Shown one piece after another: positions 28,031 through 38,334 of a stretch of 64,000 bases of DNA. The DNA is from Verrucomicrobiota bacterium (GTDB taxonomy: Bacteria; Verrucomicrobiota; Verrucomicrobiia; Opitutales; Opitutaceae). Made by a program: the position numbers and the translations under genes. Below the pieces are notes generated by a model that searched no databases, was not told the origin of the DNA, and saw nothing but the letters and a program-made list of their open reading frames with translations. The DNA lies in assembly GCA_030605125.1 (NCBI GenBank), contig JAUWBD010000002.1, forward strand, positions 13,179 to 77,178, in the 5' to 3' direction. The first letter of the stretch is position 1. Each line of letters starts with the position of its first letter.

Positions 28031-28059
28031 TCCACGCCCGCTCCTCCCGCCACTCCATC

Positions 28060-28086
28060 GGCCGCCCCTCGCGGGGCGGCCTTTTT
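28060..28086 (+). terminator. Intrinsic terminator after the pilin-like gene
   Basis: GGCCGCCCC-TCGC-GGGGCGGCC-TTTTT. Confidence 0.85.
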
Positions 28087-28118
28087 GTTTTCCCGCTCCG
28101 CCGCGCCTTCCCGCCCCG

Positions 28119-29147
28119 CTACGCGCCTCCGCCCTTCACCGTCGGCCCGTCTACCCAGGCCGCCGGCAGGGTCGTCGTCATCGGCAGCTCCGGCGCGCCG
28201 CACTCGTGGCGCAGCACCTGCCCGATCAGCAGCTCGATGCCGCGCGCCCCGAGCAGCCTCGGTTGCAGGTCCAGGCCGGCGCAGGGTGCGGTGGTGTTCA
28301 TCACGTTGAGACAACAAAAGCCGTGAGTCTCCGGCACGCGCGCGCCCGCCTCCTCCATCCACGTCTTCACCTCGGGCGAGTGCGCCAGCACCACGTCGCA
28401 CTTCACCGTGCGAAACCACTGGGCGAAATCGCGCGGCCCGACCTCGCTCGCGACCAAGGGCGGCAGGCGGGTCATGCCGTCATGGTGGGTCTGATACGCG
28501 TGGTAGGCCGCCTCCCAGCGGTGCAACAAACGAGCGTCGTGCGCGGCGCCCAGCACCAGGCCGGGCCGCCGGTAGCCCAGCGCCCGCAATCGGTCCAGCG
28601 CGGTCAACATCGCGCGGTAGTGGTCGGGACAGATCGCATGCAGCCCGGGACGCTCGATCACGTAGTCGGAGTAGATTCCCGAAAAATGCGTCCAATCCAG
28701 CCGCGTCAGGTCCGGCGTCTCCTTCACCGGCAACAGAAAAATCCCGCCGATGCCGCGCGAGTGCAGGATCGTGTCGAGGCGCTCGAGCGAGAGGCCCGCC
28801 TTGCCCACCACGAAGACGTCCGCCTTGAAACCGAGCTCCTCCGCGCGCTTGGTCGCGCCCTTCGTCAGCTCCTTGTGGTAACGCGACGGGCCGGCCGGGC
28901 GCCCCTCCGGCCCGTCGAGATCGAGCACCGCCAGCACGCCGCGAAAGGTGCCGGCGCGCGAGCGGCGCATCTCCGACATCAGCGCGCCGGCGAGCGGGTT
29001 TCTCCGGTAGCCCAGCTCCCGCGCCACCTTCAGCACCTTGGCGCGTGTCGCCGGCTTCACCCGCGGACTCCCGCGCAGCGCCTCCGAAACGGTCGTGTGC
29101 GACAAATCGAGTTTCTGGGCGAGCTGGCGAAGCGAGGGGGCGGGCAT
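28119..29147 (-). CDS. LacI-family transcriptional regulator
   Basis: SLRQLAQKLDLSHTTVSEALRGSPRVKPATRAKVLKVARELGYRRN HTH plus sugar-binding-like C-terminus. Confidence 0.93.
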   Translation of the reverse strand: MPAPSLRQLAQKLDLSHTTVSEALRGSPRVKPATRAKVLKVARELGYRRNPLAGALMSEMRRSRAGTFRGVLAVLDLDGPEGRPAGPSRYHKELTKGATKRAEELGFKADVFVVGKAGLSLERLDTILHSRGIGGIFLLPVKETPDLTRLDWTHFSGIYSDYVIERPGLHAICPDHYRAMLTALDRLRALGYRRPGLVLGAAHDARLLHRWEAAYHAYQTHHDGMTRLPPLVASEVGPRDFAQWFRTVKCDVVLAHSPEVKTWMEEAGARVPETHGFCCLNVMNTTAPCAGLDLQPRLLGARGIELLIGQVLRHECGAPELPMTTTLPAAWVDGPTVKGGGA

Positions 29148-29161
29148 CGGGGCGGGGTTCG

Positions 29162-29174
29162 TCTTACTGTAAGA
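29162..29174. promoter_or_regulatory. Perfect palindrome of motif A at the lacI/oxidoreductase divergent promoter
   Basis: TCTTAC-T-GTAAGA, 15 bp upstream of the LacI ATG. Confidence 0.65.
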
Positions 29175-29255
29175 AATGCGGTGCGTCGCGGCTGTGCTCA
29201 AGCCGATTCACCTTCGGCGCGTCACCCCGAACGGTATTTCCCGCTCCTCCCCTCG

Positions 29256-30506
29256 ATGCCCTCCACCCCCGGCTCCCGCCCGCCTCGTGTCGCCCTGATC
29301 GGCGTCAGCGGCTACGGCGGCATCTATCTCCAACTCGTCCGCGAGTCTCTCGCGCGCCGCGAAATCTCGCTCGTGGCCGCGGTCGTGATCAACCGCGAAC
29401 AGGTCCCCGAAATCGTCGCCGAGCTCCGCTCGGCGGGCGCCGCGATCTACGCCTCCACGGAAGAGTTCCTCTCCCACGAGTCCGGCCGGGTCGATCTGTG
29501 CCTGATCCCCGTGGGCATCCAGTGGCACGCGCGCCTCACCGTCGCCGCGCTCCGCGCCGGGATGAACGTGCTGGTGGAGAAGCCGCTCGCGGGCTCGGTC
29601 GAGGATGTCGCCGCGATCCGCCGCGCCGAGTCCGAGGCCGGCCGCTGGGTCGCCGTCGGTTTCCAGGACCTCTACGCGCTCGAGGCCCGTTGGCTGAAGA
29701 CGCGCCTCCTCGAAGGTGCCATCGGCCGCATCCAAGAGGTGCGCATGCTCGGCCTCTGGCCCCGCCCCCGCGCCTACTTCTCGCGCAACCACTGGGCCGG
29801 ACGCGTCACCGCCGACGGCGCCGCGGTCCTCGACTCGCCGCTGAACAACGCCTTCGCCCACTTCGTCAATCTCTGCCTCTTCTTCGCCGGCCCCTCCGAG
29901 CAGGAGTCCGCGTCGGCGCAAGTCGAGTCGGCCGAGCTTTTCCGCGCGCACGATATCGAGATGTTCGACACCGCCGTGGTCCGCGCGAGCGCCCCGGGCG
30001 GCCCGCGCTTCTGGTTTGGCGTCAGCCACGCCACCGCCGAGACCCGACAACCCGAGATCTCGATCCTCGGCTCCGAAGGCTCCGCCGAGTGGTGGCACGA
30101 GCAACGCTGCGTCATCCTCGACACCGCCGGCCATCGGCAGGTGTTCCCCCTGCCCTCCACCGAGGAGTCGCGGCAGCTCATGTTCTCCGCGGTCGTCGCG
30201 CGGCTCTCCGATCCCTCGGCCTTCGTTTGCACCACCGCGGTGGCCGAGCAACACACGCGGCTGATCGAGGGCGTCCAGCGAGCCGCGGGCGTGCGCGCCT
30301 TTGACGCCACCTCCGTGGACTGGACGCCGGACCTCTCCACCCGGAGCGAGATCCCCTCGGTGCGCGGGTTGGCCGAAGCGCTCGACCGCGCCTTCGTCGC
30401 CGGCTCCTCGCTCGCCGCCGCCGCTTCGGCGCCCGTGGCCCCCGCCGCGCCCGCCGTCACCGCCGCGCCCGCCCCGGTCGTCACCCGCCTCGCCGTCGCC
30501 TCATGA
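29256..30506 (+). CDS. Gfo/Idh/MocA oxidoreductase
   Basis: [28 protein letters not shown]. Confidence 0.88.
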   Translation: MPSTPGSRPPRVALIGVSGYGGIYLQLVRESLARREISLVAAVVINREQVPEIVAELRSAGAAIYASTEEFLSHESGRVDLCLIPVGIQWHARLTVAALRAGMNVLVEKPLAGSVEDVAAIRRAESEAGRWVAVGFQDLYALEARWLKTRLLEGAIGRIQEVRMLGLWPRPRAYFSRNHWAGRVTADGAAVLDSPLNNAFAHFVNLCLFFAGPSEQESASAQVESAELFRAHDIEMFDTAVVRASAPGGPRFWFGVSHATAETRQPEISILGSEGSAEWWHEQRCVILDTAGHRQVFPLPSTEESRQLMFSAVVARLSDPSAFVCTTAVAEQHTRLIEGVQRAAGVRAFDATSVDWTPDLSTRSEIPSVRGLAEALDRAFVAGSSLAAAASAPVAPAAPAVTAAPAPVVTRLAVAS

Positions 30507-30817
30507 TCCGCAAAGCATTTGTCATGTCCGTGCACCCCGGCCACGAGGCGGAATACGCCCGTCGCCACCAGCCCATCTGGCAGGAGCTGGCCGACGTGCT
30601 TCGCGCGCACGGCGTGCACAACTACTCGATCCACCTCCACCCGGAGACCCGCCAACTCTTCGCCTACGCCGAGATCGAGAGCGAGGAGCGCTGGCGGGCC
30701 ATCGCCGACACCGAGGTCTGCCGTCGCTGGTGGCGCCACATGGCCGACCTGATGCCGGCCAACCCCGACTCCAGTCCCGTCTCCACCTCGCTTGCCGAGG
30801 TCTTCCATTTGCCCTGA
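30503..30817 (+). CDS. rhaM: L-rhamnose mutarotase
   Basis: [43 protein letters not shown]. Confidence 0.93.
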   Translation: MIRKAFVMSVHPGHEAEYARRHQPIWQELADVLRAHGVHNYSIHLHPETRQLFAYAEIESEERWRAIADTEVCRRWWRHMADLMPANPDSSPVSTSLAEVFHLP

Positions 30818-30895
30818 GCTTTCCGCGCGGACCGCTTCCGCTCCGCGCGACTCTCCACCCCGTCCGTCCCACGCCTCGCGCGTGCCCGCCGCCCC

Positions 30896-33640
30896 ATGCC
30901 CCTCAGCCGTCGTTCCTTCGTCCGCGGAGGCGCCCTCGCCGCCGCCTCGCTGCCCCTCGCTTCGCTCCTCCGCGGTGCGAGCACGCCGCCACCCGCGCCG
31001 ACGGCGGCCCCCGCTTTGCCGCCCGATCCCGCCCGGCCCGATCGCGCCGTGCTGCGCTGGCTCGAGGGCGCGCCCGCCGACCACATCGGCTCGGCGCTTG
31101 GCGTGTCCTGGCGTCGCGGCGCCGTGCCCGCCGGCACCGGCTTTGCGCTCCAAGGCAAGGGCGGAGCCGGCATCCCCGTCCAGTCCTGGCCGCTTGCCAC
31201 CTGGCCCGACGGCTCGCTCAAGTGGACCGGCCACGCCCTCCCGGCCGGAGCCGATCTGCCGGAGAAACTTGAACTCATCCCGGGCCGCGAGCCCGCCCGC
31301 CCGTCGCGGCCCGTCGTCGTGCGCGAATCGCCCGACGCCGTGGAGATCGACACCGGCGTGATCCGTTGCGTCGTCCCCCGCCGCGGGCCGCACCTCGTCT
31401 CCTCGCTTCGCTGCGACGGAAGGGAAATCGCCCGCGCCGGCCGCCTCGTCTCGCTTCGCAAACCCTCGCCCGACCAGGAGACCCCGGCCGAGCGTTGCCA
31501 GGGGGAAACCCGTTCGCTCGTGGTCGAGCAGGCGGGCCCGGTGCGCGCCGTCGTGAAGCTCGAGGGCCGCCAACTCTCGCCCGACGGCCGCGCCTGGCTC
31601 CCCTTCACCGTCCGCCTCTACCTCCACGCCGGCGGAGACGCCGTGCGCGTCATGCACTCGTTCGTGTATGACGGCGACGAATACAAGGACTTCGTCGCCG
31701 GCCTCGGCCTGCGCTTCGAGGTGCCGCTGCCCGACGCCCCGCACGATCGCCACGTCCGCTTCGTCGGCGAGGAGGGCGGCGTCTTCGGCGAGGCCGTGCG
31801 CGGCATCACCGGCCTGCGCCGCGATCCCGGCGCCGAGGCCCGCGCGGCCCAGGTCGCCGGCCGCCCCACCCCGCCGCTCGCCGACTGGGCCCCGGCCGTC
31901 CGCGACCGGCTGCACCTCGTGCCCGCCTGGGGCGACTACACCCTCGCGCAGCTCTCCTGCGACGGCTTCGAGATCCGCAAGCGCACCGCCCCCGGCCACG
32001 CCTGGATCAAGGCCGCCGCGGGACGCCGCGCCGCCGGCCTTGGCTACGTCGGCGGCGTCTCGGGCGGCCTCGTCTTCGGTCTCCGCGACTTCTGGGAAAA
32101 ATATCCCGCGCAGCTCGACATTCGCTCCGCGCACACCGACACCGCCGAGGTCACCGCCTGGCTCTGGTCCCCCGAGGCCGCGCCGATGGATCTGCGTTTC
32201 TACCACGACGGCATGGGCATGGAGGACCACGCCGCCGAGCTCGCCGGCCTCGATATCACCTACGAGGACTACGAAAAGGGCTTCGGCACGCCCCACGGCA
32301 TCGCCCGCTCGCACGAGCTCGTCTTCCGCGCCGTCGCCGCCACCCCGGCGCGCGAGGAGTTCCCCCGCTTCGCGGAGTCGCTCCGCCGGCCGCCCCAGCT
32401 CGCCGCCTCGCCCGCCCATCACCTCGCCTCCGGCGTCTTCGGCGCCTGGGGCCTTCCCGACCGCTCCGACCCGCGCAAAGCCCGCCTCGAGGACCAGCTC
32501 GATTTCACGCTCGCCGCCTACCTCGGGCAGGTGGAGCAACGGCGCTGGTATGGCTTCTGGGACTACGGCGACGTCATGCACAGCTACGACGCCGACCGCC
32601 ACGAATGGCGCTACGACGTCGGCGGCTTCGCCTGGGCCAACTCCGAGCTCTCGCCCGACCTCTGGCTCTGGTATTCCTACCTCCGCTCCGGGCGGGCCGA
32701 TGTTTTCCGCCTCGCCGAGGCCATGACCCGCCACACCGGCGAGGTGGACGTCTATCACCTCGGCCGCTTCAAGGGCCTCGGCACCCGGCACAACGTCCAG
32801 CACTGGGGCTGCTCGGCCAAGCAGCTCCGCATCAGCACCGTCGCGTATCGGCGTTTCCACTACTTCCTCACCTCCGACGAGCGGACGGGCGACCTCATGC
32901 GCGAGCTGGTCGGCGCCGACGAGGCCTTCCTCACCCTCGATCCGATCCGCAAGATCCGCAAGGAGCCCCTGCCGCCCCCGCGCCGCGACGCCGCCTCGGT
33001 CGGCTTCGGCACCGACTGGGGCTCGCTCGCCTTCGCCTGGCTCACCGAATGGGAGCGCTCCGGCGACGCGCGCGCCCGCGACAAGCTCCTCGCCGGCATG
33101 CGCACCATCGGCGCGCAGCCGCGCGGCTTCCTCTCCAGCGGCGCGACCTTCAACCTCGACACCGGCGAGTTCTCCGTCGTCACCCACGACGAGATCGGCG
33201 TCTCGCACCTCAGCGCGGTCTTCGGTCTGCCCGAGCTCTGCGCCGAGCTCGACGCCCTCGTGGACGTGCCCGCGTTTCGCGAGGCCTGGCTGCAATACTG
33301 CCTGCTCTACAACGCTTCCCGCGAGGAGCAGCGCGCCGCCGTCGGCCGGGATTTTGGCCGGCTGAATCTCTGGGAGGCGCATTCGCGCCTGACCGCCTGG
33401 GCCGCCGCCAAAAAAGACGATCCCGCCCTCGCCCTCCGCGCCTGGAAGGAGTTCTACTCCGGACGTGCCGGCCATGGCGTGAAACCCGAGCTGAAATCCA
33501 CCCGCGTCTCCGGGCCCGCCGTCCTCAATCCCGTGGACGAGAGCTTCGCCCTCAACACCAACGCCACCTCGCAGTGGGGCCTCGCCGCCATCCAGATGCT
33601 CGCCCTCGTCGGCGACCGGATGCCGGCCGACGTCCGCTGA
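30896..33640 (+). CDS. Tat-exported exo-rhamnogalacturonan lyase (PL26/YetA-like)
   Basis: SRRSFV twin-arginine signal; WPDGSLKW, WYGFWDYGDVMH, WANSEL, MTRHTGEVDVYH, RHNVQHWGC. Confidence 0.85.
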   Translation: MPLSRRSFVRGGALAAASLPLASLLRGASTPPPAPTAAPALPPDPARPDRAVLRWLEGAPADHIGSALGVSWRRGAVPAGTGFALQGKGGAGIPVQSWPLATWPDGSLKWTGHALPAGADLPEKLELIPGREPARPSRPVVVRESPDAVEIDTGVIRCVVPRRGPHLVSSLRCDGREIARAGRLVSLRKPSPDQETPAERCQGETRSLVVEQAGPVRAVVKLEGRQLSPDGRAWLPFTVRLYLHAGGDAVRVMHSFVYDGDEYKDFVAGLGLRFEVPLPDAPHDRHVRFVGEEGGVFGEAVRGITGLRRDPGAEARAAQVAGRPTPPLADWAPAVRDRLHLVPAWGDYTLAQLSCDGFEIRKRTAPGHAWIKAAAGRRAAGLGYVGGVSGGLVFGLRDFWEKYPAQLDIRSAHTDTAEVTAWLWSPEAAPMDLRFYHDGMGMEDHAAELAGLDITYEDYEKGFGTPHGIARSHELVFRAVAATPAREEFPRFAESLRRPPQLAASPAHHLASGVFGAWGLPDRSDPRKARLEDQLDFTLAAYLGQVEQRRWYGFWDYGDVMHSYDADRHEWRYDVGGFAWANSELSPDLWLWYSYLRSGRADVFRLAEAMTRHTGEVDVYHLGRFKGLGTRHNVQHWGCSAKQLRISTVAYRRFHYFLTSDERTGDLMRELVGADEAFLTLDPIRKIRKEPLPPPRRDAASVGFGTDWGSLAFAWLTEWERSGDARARDKLLAGMRTIGAQPRGFLSSGATFNLDTGEFSVVTHDEIGVSHLSAVFGLPELCAELDALVDVPAFREAWLQYCLLYNASREEQRAAVGRDFGRLNLWEAHSRLTAWAAAKKDDPALALRAWKEFYSGRAGHGVKPELKSTRVSGPAVLNPVDESFALNTNATSQWGLAAIQMLALVGDRMPADVR

Positions 33641-33665
33641 CCGCCTTTCCCCTCGCACCCCTCCC

Positions 33666-36014
33666 ATGCGCTTTTTTGTCGTCTGCCTTCTTCTGCTCGG
33701 ATTCGCCGCCGCCGGCCAGGCGAAGCCCGGCGCCGAGCTGAGGCTCGCCCCGCTGCCCCCCGCCCCGGCCGACGCCTCGCTGCTCGCCTCCCACGGCCGG
33801 CAGGTCCTCGTCGTCGCCGGCGCGCGGGTCGCGCCGCTCGGCGCGCCCGCCTCTTCCGTCGAGTGGACCGAGGGCGCCCCGACCGTGCTCGCCCGCGCCT
33901 CCTCCGCGGAAGGCGTTTTCCTCGTCGCTCCCGATCGCGTCGTCCGCCTGTCCGCCGCGGCCAACGGCGCGCCGCCGACCGTGGCCCGCCTGCCCGATTT
34001 GCCCGGAGCGCCGCTCGCCGCGGACGCCGTCGTGGCCGCCGCCGTGCTCGGCAAGCGCCTCTACGTCGCCACCGGCTCCGGCTTCCACGGTCTCGATTTT
34101 TCCGCGGACGCGCCCGGCGCATGGGCGGCATTGCCCCCGGCCCCGTTGCCGCTCGGTCCGGGCTCCGCCCTCGTCGCGCAGCTCGACCAGCTCACGCTCT
34201 TCACGCCCTCCGGCACGCGCGCCTACCTGCCGCAGACCGGCTGGAAAAACCAGGCGCTCGCCGCGGCTCCCTTCGAGCTCGCCGCCGCGCCGGCCGCCGC
34301 GCGCTACGGCGCCGCGCACGTGTTTTTCTCCGACGCCGCCGCCACCCACGCCTACCACGTCCCGACCGATACCTGGGTCCGCCACGAGCTCGCGATCCCC
34401 GTGCCGCGATCCGCCGCGCCGCAGGGCGACGGCCTCGCGATCCTCGGCGCCGACGGCGCGCTCTCCTCGCTCGTCGCCGCGCCGCTGCCCACCGGCTACA
34501 ACTGGCTCGATCACGGCGTGGTCGCCACCTACCTGCTCGCGATGGTCGGCATGAGCCTCTGGTTCGCGCGCCGAAAGCAAAACGCGAACGACTACTTCCG
34601 CGGCGGAAACCGCATCCCGTGGTGGGTCTCGGGCATGAGCCTCTTCGCGACTTTCGCCAGCGCGATCAGCCTCATGGCCATGCCCGGCAAGGCCTTCTCC
34701 GGCGACTGGACCTACTACACCATCAGCCTTTTCGCGCTGCTCGTGCTGCCCGTCACGCTCTTCGTGCTCACGCCCTTCGTGCGGAGGCTCAACATCCCCA
34801 CGGCCAACGCCTACCTCGAGCGCCGCTTCGGCCTGCCCACCCGACTGCTCGGCAGCGTGATCGGCATCTTCACCACCAGCCTCGCGCGCCAGGGCTCCGT
34901 GCTCGTGCTACCCTCCATCGCGCTCTCCACCGTGATGGGCGTGCCGGTCGAGGCCTGCATCATCGTGATGGGCCTCGTCACCCTCGCCTACACCTTTTTC
35001 GGCGGTCTCTCCGCCGTCGTGTGGACCGACACCGTGCAAGGCTTCATCATGATCGGCGCCGTCGTCGGCTGCCTCCTGCTCGCCTGGTCGCGCCTCGACC
35101 TCGCGCCCGCCGAGGCCTGGCAGATTTTGCAACAGGGCGAGAAGCTCCGCGTCTTCGACTGGAACACCGACCTCACCTACCCGACCGCCTGGGTCTTCCT
35201 CATCACCACCGTCGTCTCCGTGCTCGGAGGCGTGGGCAACCAGGACTACATCCAGCGCGTGCAGTGCACGCCCTCGCTCCGCGACGCCCGCCTCGCCGTC
35301 GCCACGCAGCTGCTCGTCGCCGTGCCGCTCAACCTCCTCCTCTTCGGCCTCGGCACCGTGCTCTTCCTCTTCTACCAGCAAAGCCCCGCGTCGCTCAGCC
35401 CGGCGCTGAAGATCGACGGCATCTACCCCTTCTTCGTCGCGCAACAACTCCCGCCCGGCGTCTCCGGCCTGGTCGTCGCCGCGCTGCTCGCCGCCACGAT
35501 GTCCACCATCTCGAGCTGCAACTGCAGCGTCTCCGACATCGTCACCCAGGATTTCTACCGCCGCTTCAAGCCCGGCGCGCCCGACCGCTCGGTGTTGCTC
35601 TTCGGCCGCGTCGCCACGCTCGTCTCCGGCCTCGCCGGCATCGGCACCGCCCTCTGGATGGCCAACGCCACGCTCGGCTCGATGTGGGACCTCGCGATCA
35701 TGGTCACCAACCTCATCGGCAACGGCATCGTCGGCCTCTTCACGCTCGGGCTGCTCACCCGCCGCGCGCACCAGACCGGCGCGCTTGTCGGCGTCGCCGC
35801 CGGCATGGCCGTCGTCATCTGGCTGCAGAACCACAGCACGATCACCTTCTGGCTCTTCACCGCGATCGGCACCGCCGTGACCGTCGGCGTCGGCTACCTC
35901 GCCAGCCTGCTGCTGCCCGGCCGCACGCCCGCCCTCGCCGGGCTCACCTTTTACACCGTGAGGGAAAAACCGGTCCCCGCCGTCGAGGCCCCCGCCGTCA
36001 CCGTCGCGTCCTGA
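33666..36014 (+). CDS. Sodium:solute symporter with a ~270-aa N-terminal extracytoplasmic (Kelch-like) domain
   Basis: Signal peptide; DYFRGGNRIPWW, SLFATFASAIS, VVWTDTVQ, NQDYIQR, AATMSTISS; many transmembrane segments. Confidence 0.88.
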   Translation: MRFFVVCLLLLGFAAAGQAKPGAELRLAPLPPAPADASLLASHGRQVLVVAGARVAPLGAPASSVEWTEGAPTVLARASSAEGVFLVAPDRVVRLSAAANGAPPTVARLPDLPGAPLAADAVVAAAVLGKRLYVATGSGFHGLDFSADAPGAWAALPPAPLPLGPGSALVAQLDQLTLFTPSGTRAYLPQTGWKNQALAAAPFELAAAPAAARYGAAHVFFSDAAATHAYHVPTDTWVRHELAIPVPRSAAPQGDGLAILGADGALSSLVAAPLPTGYNWLDHGVVATYLLAMVGMSLWFARRKQNANDYFRGGNRIPWWVSGMSLFATFASAISLMAMPGKAFSGDWTYYTISLFALLVLPVTLFVLTPFVRRLNIPTANAYLERRFGLPTRLLGSVIGIFTTSLARQGSVLVLPSIALSTVMGVPVEACIIVMGLVTLAYTFFGGLSAVVWTDTVQGFIMIGAVVGCLLLAWSRLDLAPAEAWQILQQGEKLRVFDWNTDLTYPTAWVFLITTVVSVLGGVGNQDYIQRVQCTPSLRDARLAVATQLLVAVPLNLLLFGLGTVLFLFYQQSPASLSPALKIDGIYPFFVAQQLPPGVSGLVVAALLAATMSTISSCNCSVSDIVTQDFYRRFKPGAPDRSVLLFGRVATLVSGLAGIGTALWMANATLGSMWDLAIMVTNLIGNGIVGLFTLGLLTRRAHQTGALVGVAAGMAVVIWLQNHSTITFWLFTAIGTAVTVGVGYLASLLLPGRTPALAGLTFYTVREKPVPAVEAPAVTVAS

Positions 36015-36039
36015 TCCCCGTCCGCTCGCCTCCCGGACC

Positions 36040-37311
36040 ATGCGCCGTCTCCTCGCCCTCCTCGCCGCGCTGCCGCTCCTCGCGTGCGCCGACGCCGCGG
36101 CCGCCGTGCTGCGGTTCCATTTCGATCCCGCCACACCCGCCGAGGGCGCCACCGTGGTGTCTTCCGAAACGCTCTACTCGGCCGCGCACGGCCACGGTTT
36201 CCTGCCCGCCGCCGCGCCCGGCGGCCCGCGCTCCTTCATCGTCGATCTGCCCGAGGGCAACTACGACGTCACCCTCCGCTTCGGTGCGGCCGACCGCGCC
36301 ACCGACACCACCGTCAAGGCCGAGACGCGCCGACTCCTGCTCGAAGCGGTCCGCACCGCGCCCGGCGAATTCGTCACCCGCACCGTCACCGTCAACCTCC
36401 GCACGCCCGCGATCCCCGGCGCGCCCGGCCCGGTCGTGTTGAAGGAGCGCGAACGCGGCGCGCTGCACTGGGACGACAAACTCTCGCTCGAGTTCAACGG
36501 CCCCGCGCCCGCCGTGGTGTCGCTCGAGATCCGCCGCAACGACTCCGCCCTCACCGTTTTCCTCGCCGGCGACTCCACCGTCACCGACCAGCCCGGCGAG
36601 CCCTGGGCCGCCTGGGGCCAGATGCTCCCGCGCTTCTTCGGCCCCGGCGTCGCCGTCGCCAACCACGCCGAGTCCGGCCTCTCGCTCGCCAGCTTCCGCG
36701 GCTCGCGCCGCCTCGACAAAATCCTCTCCGCGCTCCGGCCCGGCGATTACGTCTTCATCCAGTTCGGCCACAACGACCAGAAGGAGAAGGGCGAGGGCGT
36801 GGGCGCCTTCACCAGCTACGCGCAGTCGCTCCGCGACTACGTGGCCGCCATCCGCGCGCGCGACGGACGCCCCGTCCTCGTCACCTCCATGTATCGACGC
36901 CGCTTCGACGAACGCGGGCTCTTCGACACGCTCGGCGATTTCCCGCCCGCCGTCCGCGCCGTCGCGCGGGAAACCGGCGCGCCGCTCATCGATCTGCACG
37001 CCATGAGCGCCACGCTGTTCTCCGCGCTCGGCCCCGAGCGCTCCAAGCTCGCCTTTGTGCATTTTCCCGCCGGCGCCTACGGCTCCGACAAGGCGGTCAA
37101 GGACGACACCCACTTCAGCCCCTATGGCGCCTACGAGCTCGCGCGCTGCATCGTCGAGGGCATCCGCGCCTCCGTGCCCGAGCTCGCCGCGCGCCTCGCG
37201 CCCGAGCTCACCCCCTACGATCCTGCGCGGCCCGGCGATCCCGCGGCCTTCTCCGTCCCCGCCAGCCCGCCCGCCGAGGCCGCGCGCATCCCCGACGGCG
37301 ACGGCCGCTAG
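36040..37311 (+). CDS. Rhamnogalacturonan acetylesterase (CE12, SGNH) with N-terminal beta-sandwich
   Basis: AGDSTV, WGQML, NHAESG, IQFGHNDQK, DDTHF. Confidence 0.9.
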   Translation: MRRLLALLAALPLLACADAAAAVLRFHFDPATPAEGATVVSSETLYSAAHGHGFLPAAAPGGPRSFIVDLPEGNYDVTLRFGAADRATDTTVKAETRRLLLEAVRTAPGEFVTRTVTVNLRTPAIPGAPGPVVLKERERGALHWDDKLSLEFNGPAPAVVSLEIRRNDSALTVFLAGDSTVTDQPGEPWAAWGQMLPRFFGPGVAVANHAESGLSLASFRGSRRLDKILSALRPGDYVFIQFGHNDQKEKGEGVGAFTSYAQSLRDYVAAIRARDGRPVLVTSMYRRRFDERGLFDTLGDFPPAVRAVARETGAPLIDLHAMSATLFSALGPERSKLAFVHFPAGAYGSDKAVKDDTHFSPYGAYELARCIVEGIRASVPELAARLAPELTPYDPARPGDPAAFSVPASPPAEAARIPDGDGR

Positions 37312-37317
37312 CCAGCC

Positions 37318-38319
37318 ATGCGCCGCCTCCTGCTCGCCCTCGGTCTCCTCGGGTCCGCGCTCGCCGCGCCCGACCCGTCCGCCGCGTCCACCGGGCTCGG
37401 CTACCTCCTCGAGCACCAGACGCCCCTCGGCGGTTGGCCGAAGAACACCGACTTCTCGCTTCCTCCCGCGCGCCCGCCGCGCGACAGCGACGCCACCATC
37501 GACAACGGCGCCACCACCACGCCGCTGCGGCGCCTCGCCGCCGCCCTCGCCGCGGAGCCCCGGCCCGCGCCGGAGCACCTCGCCGCCTTCACGCGTGGCG
37601 TCTCCTACCTTCTCGCCGCCCAATACCCCGGAGGCGGTTGGCCCCAGTTTTATCCCCTGCGCGGGGGCTACCACGACCACGTCACGTTCAACGACGACGC
37701 GATGGTCAACGTGCTGGCCTTGCTGCGCGACGTGGCCGATGCCGCCCCGCCCTTCACCTTCGTCGATCCCGAGCTCCGCGCCCGCGCCGCCGCCGCCGTG
37801 GAGCGCGGGGTGGACTGCATTCTCCGCGCCCAGGTCCGGCGAGACGGCGTGCTCACCGTCTGGTGCGCGCAACACGACCCGCGCACGCTCGCGCCCGCTT
37901 GGGCCCGTAACTTCGAGCCGCCGTCGCTCTCCGGCCACGAAAGCGTCGGCATCGTGCGTTTCCTCATGTCGGTGAAAAATCCCTCGCCCGAGGTCGTCGC
38001 CGCGATCGAAGGCGCGGTCGCCTGGTTCCGGAAAACCCGCATCGACGGGCTCCGCCACGAGCGGTTCACCAATGAGCACGGCGAGTCCGACCGACGCGTC
38101 GTGCCCGCCGCCGGGACCCCGCCGCTCTGGGCCCGCTTCCATGATCTCGAAACCGACCGACCGCTCTTCGTGGGCCGCGACCGCGTGATCCGCCACGCGC
38201 TCGCCGAGATCGAGCGCGAGCGACGCGTCGGCTACGCCTACTACACCACCGCGCCGGCCGCGCTGCTGGAGCGCGATTACCCGCGCTGGCGCGCCCGCCT
38301 CGCCGCGCCGTCGCGTTGA
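37318..38319 (+). CDS. Pectate lyase PL10 (PelA-like)
   Basis: GGWPKN, TIDNGAT, QYPGGGWPQFYP, TFNDDAM, WCAQHD, ARNFEPPS, ERRVGY. Confidence 0.92.
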   Translation: MRRLLLALGLLGSALAAPDPSAASTGLGYLLEHQTPLGGWPKNTDFSLPPARPPRDSDATIDNGATTTPLRRLAAALAAEPRPAPEHLAAFTRGVSYLLAAQYPGGGWPQFYPLRGGYHDHVTFNDDAMVNVLALLRDVADAAPPFTFVDPELRARAAAAVERGVDCILRAQVRRDGVLTVWCAQHDPRTLAPAWARNFEPPSLSGHESVGIVRFLMSVKNPSPEVVAAIEGAVAWFRKTRIDGLRHERFTNEHGESDRRVVPAAGTPPLWARFHDLETDRPLFVGRDRVIRHALAEIERERRVGYAYYTTAPAALLERDYPRWRARLAAPSR

Positions 38320-38334
38320 TCCGCCCGCTCCGCC

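Noticed and set aside
29774-34054. 1426-aa minus-strand ORF, and similar long antisense ORFs (35998-39504, 14908-17235, 18023-20368, 45395-47803)
   Set aside because: Shadow frames of well-supported plus-strand genes in ~72% GC DNA; Gly/Ala/Arg/Val-rich with no family motifs
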